Shown here: positions 28,134 through 31,367 of the stretch, in pieces | How positions within the stretch are numbered: position 1 is the stretch's first letter | Layout: each line of letters begins with the position of its first letter | Source of the DNA: Verrucomicrobiota bacterium | GTDB lineage: Bacteria > Verrucomicrobiota > Verrucomicrobiia > Limisphaerales > CANJSG01 | Direction of reading: 5' to 3' | NCBI GenBank assembly: GCA_038209745.1 | Contig: JBBQXJ010000057.1 | Span: forward strand, 1-31,367 | DNA: 31,367 nt | The notes under the pieces: generated by a model | Database searches by the model: none | The model's input: only the letters and a program-made list of their open reading frames with translations | What the model was told of the DNA's origin: nothing | Translations under genes and position numbers: made by a program

Positions 28134-28143
28134 GGGCGTTTTC

Positions 28144-28656
28144 CTAGCGGATCTCGTCGTAGAGAGGACGCAGCCGCGTCCGAAGTTTGTCTAATCCGTA
28201 GCGGTAGCGGCTGGCCGCCGTGTTGGGCGACAGATCGAGCGTCTCCGCGATCTGCTCGAAGGTCAGGCGCTCCCACAGCTTCAGATGCACCACCGCGCGC
28301 TGGTCTTCGGGCAATTCTCCCAACGCCTCCGACAGCTCGGCCCGAAACGTCGCTTCGTCCGGATCATCCGTTCCGGCGAAGACCCCCAGAGTCTCCGTCT
28401 GGAAGACATCGTTCCGCCGATTCCGCGTTTCCCGACGCCGGGCGGAATCCACCACCAGATTGTGCGTCCAGCGCAGGAGAAAAGACCGGGGTTCCCGCAC
28501 ACCCTCCAGCGCGTCCGGCTGCCGGGCCAACCGCACGAACACCTCCTGCAGCACATCCCGGGCGTCGGCCTCCGAGCGGGTCAGATTGAGCGCGAAGGCA
28601 TAGACCGGCCCGGAATGGGCGTCGTAGAGCGCTGCGATGTCGACCGGGTCGGGCAT
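28144..28656 (-). CDS. ECF RNA polymerase sigma-70 factor
   Basis: Region 2 DARDVLQEVF and region 4 LPEDQRAVVHLK...TFEQIAETL...NTAASRYRYG. Confidence 0.92.
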   Translation of the reverse strand: MPDPVDIAALYDAHSGPVYAFALNLTRSEADARDVLQEVFVRLARQPDALEGVREPRSFLLRWTHNLVVDSARRRETRNRRNDVFQTETLGVFAGTDDPDEATFRAELSEALGELPEDQRAVVHLKLWERLTFEQIAETLDLSPNTAASRYRYGLDKLRTRLRPLYDEIR

Positions 28657-28865
28657 TCGGATGGTTCGACCAAGAAGACGCGGCGAACTCACGCATTTGT
28701 CTAGAGCTTGTCTCCGAAACCTCGGCGCCACCTCCCTTGGACCTCGCTCCCGATCCGGCGATCTCCGCACGGGTCAGCCCGCATCCAGTGATCAGGGACT
28801 CTTCGCCAACCGAAAGCCCGGGGTGTGCCATCGGGTCCGCTCCGGCCTATGCCTCGACCGGGCCG

Positions 28866-29345
28866 TCATGGATCCGCCAAGATCTTCTTCAGCCGCTCAA
28901 CTTCAGCCGGCGGCATCTGTTTGAAGAGCGCCTTGAGCGTGCGATTGCCGACCATCTTGCCGTCCCGCCGGTAGAGCCAGTCTGAGATGTCCCCCTCCGG
29001 TATCTCGAGCCGGTCGCCCAGCTTCACGCTGGCGACCGTGTCCGGATCGTTGTTGATCGTGCCCATCGTCTTCCCGTCCCGCCGCTCGATGTCGGTCACC
29101 CAAAAGTGCTCCACCCCTTTCTTGTCCGTGATCCTGACCTTGAGAGCAAAGTCAGTCTCGCCGCGCTCTCGCTTCTCAAAAATCTGCCAGAACTTTGGAA
29201 GCGTGGCGCGCGCCTCGGAAATGGCCGCCGTCATCTCCGGGTCGTCCTCCGCGACGCCGACCACCTTGTCCCGTTGCGAGCACGCCGGCAGCGACGTCAG
29301 CAGCGCTGCGACCAGCACCAGTCCGATTCGTGGCTTGCGATTCAT
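28866..29345 (-). CDS. DUF2314/YegJ-like lipoprotein, probable degenerate cassette gene
   Basis: Lipobox-like LPAC; DDPEMTAAISEARATL, EHFWV, GTINNDP and ISDWLY...MVGNRT motifs. Confidence 0.85.
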   Translation of the reverse strand: MNRKPRIGLVLVAALLTSLPACSQRDKVVGVAEDDPEMTAAISEARATLPKFWQIFEKRERGETDFALKVRITDKKGVEHFWVTDIERRDGKTMGTINNDPDTVASVKLGDRLEIPEGDISDWLYRRDGKMVGNRTLKALFKQMPPAEVERLKKILADP

Positions 29346-29356
29346 TTTGACGCGGT

Positions 29357-29481
29357 TCGGATGAAAAAATGAGACACCGCCAACCGGCAGCGGTACTACG
29401 ATTTTGTGAAGCCTGTGGAAGTGCCGCCCATGACTCAACGGCCCGCCGGGGTGGCGGTTTGCCTCGCATGTCTGGTTCGGC
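29357..29481 (-). mobile_element. Degenerate attC site
   Basis: The minus strand begins GCCGAAC and has an imperfect inner inverted repeat (gagacaccgccaaccgg / ccggggtggcggtttgcctc). The R' box is eroded. It lies just upstream of the DUF2314 ATG. Confidence 0.5.
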
Positions 29482-29503
29482 CTTGCTTGCCGGGACAACC
29501 AAA

Positions 29504-29778
29504 CGACACCCGGTCGAACCAAGTCCTCTCTGCAAGAAGATCGGAACACAACGAAGCCCCTCCGCAAGGAAGGACGGAAAGGAAAGAGCTTTTAGCGAGA
29601 CCGCGAGCGCGAGAACCCGAAACAGCCGGAAGCCTCTGTCGTCAGCGGAGACAAACCGCTGCCGCGCGCGCCTCCGGCCGTGTGCCAACACCTCCACTGA
29701 CGCTCCGCTCCGCGCGGCGAAACCCTCACCGAATAAAACCTGCCGGACCCAGCCTCACCCGTTGACAAACCTCATAGG
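29504..29778 (+). mobile_element. Solo right end of an IS110/IS1111-type element (structured non-coding region)
   Basis: 29504-29603 matches 31268-31367 at 97 of 100 positions, and that copy follows the IS110 transposase remnant. It ends TTGACAAACCTCATAGG, abutting half of an attC. Confidence 0.7.
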
Positions 29779-29799
29779 CGCTGCAGCGCATGGGTAGGC
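29779..29799 (-). mobile_element. Truncated attC (R''/L'' half only)
   Basis: cgctgcagcgcatgggtaggc resembles the matching end of attC 30074-30166 (agatgcagcgcagggttagc) and lies 25 nt after the cassette ORF stop. Confidence 0.65.
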
Positions 29800-29824
29800 G
29801 TTGCGGATGTTGGGAACGATGTGC

Positions 29825-30043
29825 TCACTCGATAAGCATATTTGATGGAGCTTTGTCGGTCCAATAAAGCTCTACGTCGGCGACTCCGGTTGCATCGGTG
29901 AGGTCGTCGCGGCGGAAATGGAAGTGACTGCGGTGCTGCTGGAGAGCCTGAAGTCGCTCGATAAGCAGGACGATGTCCGAATCGGTGAGACCAACTTGGA
30001 TGCCGAACCATCCTGTCTTGAAGTCTTCGAGTGCGACGTTCAT
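29825..30043 (-). CDS. Integron cassette hypothetical protein (72 aa)
   Basis: A single lower-GC ORF filling the space between two attC sites. Confidence 0.7.
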   Translation of the reverse strand: MNVALEDFKTGWFGIQVGLTDSDIVLLIERLQALQQHRSHFHFRRDDLTDATGVADVELYWTDKAPSNMLIE

Positions 30044-30073
30044 TTGCTTTCAATCATGGATGGCGCGAAGGCC

Positions 30074-30166
30074 GCCTAACGACCCAAGCTCAGCGACGGC
30101 GGCCACGAGGCGCGCCGATTGCAACCGCGATGGCCCGCCGCCGTTAGATGCAGCGCAGGGTTAGCG
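30074..30166 (-). mobile_element. attC site (93 bp, complete)
   Basis: The minus strand reads CGCTAAC...GTTAGGC with an internal imperfect palindrome (cggcggcgggcc / ggccgccgtcg). Confidence 0.88.
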
Positions 30167-30294
30167 AACCAACCGCCTCGAAGGCGGAGCAATGACGTGA
30201 AGAGCTTTCTGGCAGGGTTCCACTGTCTGTCAGGCACTTGCGCGACCAGCTCTTCAGGAGGCGCCGTTCGTGGATTCGGTTGCAGCATGGAAAG

Positions 30295-30669
30295 TCAGTA
30301 ATGCCGTGACTGAGCGACTACCTGAAACTCGTCCTCATACAATATCATTCCTGGTCGTTCGGTTCTCAGCATCTGCACTGGTTGGTCGTATTGCTCAAGG
30401 ATGGCGATGAGGTCTCTGAACTTGGAAATCATGTCTCGGGCGGAAGCCTTGAACCATGAAATTGCGTCCGGCGACCAATCCTTTCCGTTGAACGGCGGAC
30501 AAGGAAGGTGTGCGTTGAGCCACGAAAAGATCTCTTCGACATGTTCAACTTCGTAAGCGGGGAGCTGTCCTCTGTCCCTCAGTAACCGAAGAGAGGTAAC
30601 AACGCCGGTCTGATGCTTCGGTTCCTCGCGGTTCGTGCCGACTACGAAGCGAATGTAAGTGCTTTTCAC
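30295..30669 (-). CDS. Integron cassette hypothetical protein (124 aa)
   Basis: GTG start 17 nt after the GTTAGGC of the upstream attC; lower GC; protein-like sequence ending PGMILYEDEFQVVA. Confidence 0.8.
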   Translation of the reverse strand: MKSTYIRFVVGTNREEPKHQTGVVTSLRLLRDRGQLPAYEVEHVEEIFSWLNAHLPCPPFNGKDWSPDAISWFKASARDMISKFRDLIAILEQYDQPVQMLRTERPGMILYEDEFQVVAQSRHY

Positions 30670-30686
30670 GGGAGACGTGACAAGTC

Positions 30687-30764
30687 GCCTAACGACCCAA
30701 GCTCAGCGACGGCGGCCACGAGGCGCGCCGAGTGCAACCGCGATGGCCCGCCGCCGTTAGATGC
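30687..30764 (-). mobile_element. attC site interrupted by an IS left end
   Basis: Matches 30074-30151 at 77 of 78 positions, then diverges abruptly into catgaagggttgagg. Confidence 0.85.
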
Positions 30765-31367
30765 CATGAAGGGTTGAGGAGCCTGGCCGACGGGGCCAAG
30801 CGTTGGTTGATGAAAACATATCTGCTCCGACCCTTCATGACACCCGCGACTCAATCCTCCTCCCCCGCCGTCGGCAAGCCCGCAGTGCCGCCCAAGCAGC
30901 CCCTGCTCTCGCCGGTCGTCGATCCGACGCGGCCCCGGCTGTGCCTAGGGCTGGACGTGCATCTGGAGTCCATCGTGGCGGTGGCCCAGCGGGACCAGCG
31001 GGACCACGGGGGCCGCAGGCACCGAGGAAGTTCACCCGGATCCTTCGGCTGGGGCGGCTCCTTCACCCGCGAACAGATCGGCAGCTCCACCGGCTGTTGT
31101 CCCGGCGAACACAGTTCCGGAGGGAAACGGCGCATCGGCGCCACCGACCGGATGGGCCACAAGGCTGCGCCTTGACGCCAGTGCGCTGCGCGCGAAGCGC
31201 AGTGGCCCTCCGCTAGGAGCAGGAGCAGGAGCGGGTGCGGGACGATCTCCCGACACGATGAGCGCGGCGACACCCGGTCGAACCAAGTTCTCTCTGCAAG
31301 AAGATCGGAACACAGCGAAGCCCCTCCGCAAGGAAGGGCGGAAAGGAAAGAGCTTTTAGCGAGACCG
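30765..31367 (+). mobile_element. Internally deleted IS110-family (IS1111-like) element, running off the window end
   Basis: Short left end, transposase remnant, and a right-end sequence repeated at 29504. Confidence 0.75.
30810..31175 (+). pseudogene. IS110-family transposase remnant
   Basis: The N-terminal DEDD motif LCLGLDVH is joined almost directly to the C-terminal-domain motif FTREQIGSSTGCCPGEHSSGGKRRIG; the middle and end are deleted. Confidence 0.82.

Noticed and set aside
30074..30764. CRISPR array or ncRNA repeats
   Set aside because: The repeats are ~80-90 bp, separated by whole ORFs, and carry AAC/GTT boxes, so they are attC sites.

Overview
GC-rich bacterial DNA; the gene families and repeat types suggest Verrucomicrobiota/PVC (inference). 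It has three zones. (1) 1-8830 is a decayed, mosaic defence-type island with four TIR domains. It holds a TIR-STAND(NB-ARC)-TPR pseudogene whose middle is replaced by an intact TerY-like vWA-TIR gene, a RelB/DinJ-like + MazF/PemK toxin-antitoxin pair between ~300-bp direct repeats, a truncated TIR, and an intact TIR gene next to a SLOG-like gene (candidate Thoeris-like system). It ends at a tRNA 3'-end att-like site followed by two integrase remnants. (2) 8999-28656 is mostly housekeeping: cls, a Tat-exported oxidoreductase, ArsC/Spx, a sulfatase pseudogene, ada, a DEAD-box helicase, a TetR-linked RND efflux locus in which the permease and outer-membrane factor form one 1541-aa ORF, NUDIX, mgtE and an ECF sigma cluster, with scattered REP-like palindromes. 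(3) 28866-31367 is a minus-strand integron cassette array with attC sites and no intI in the window. Two attC sites are interrupted at the same position by ends of an IS110/IS1111-type element with a conserved structured non-coding right end (candidate bridge/seek RNA). All domain calls come from motif recognition by eye; no database searches were run.
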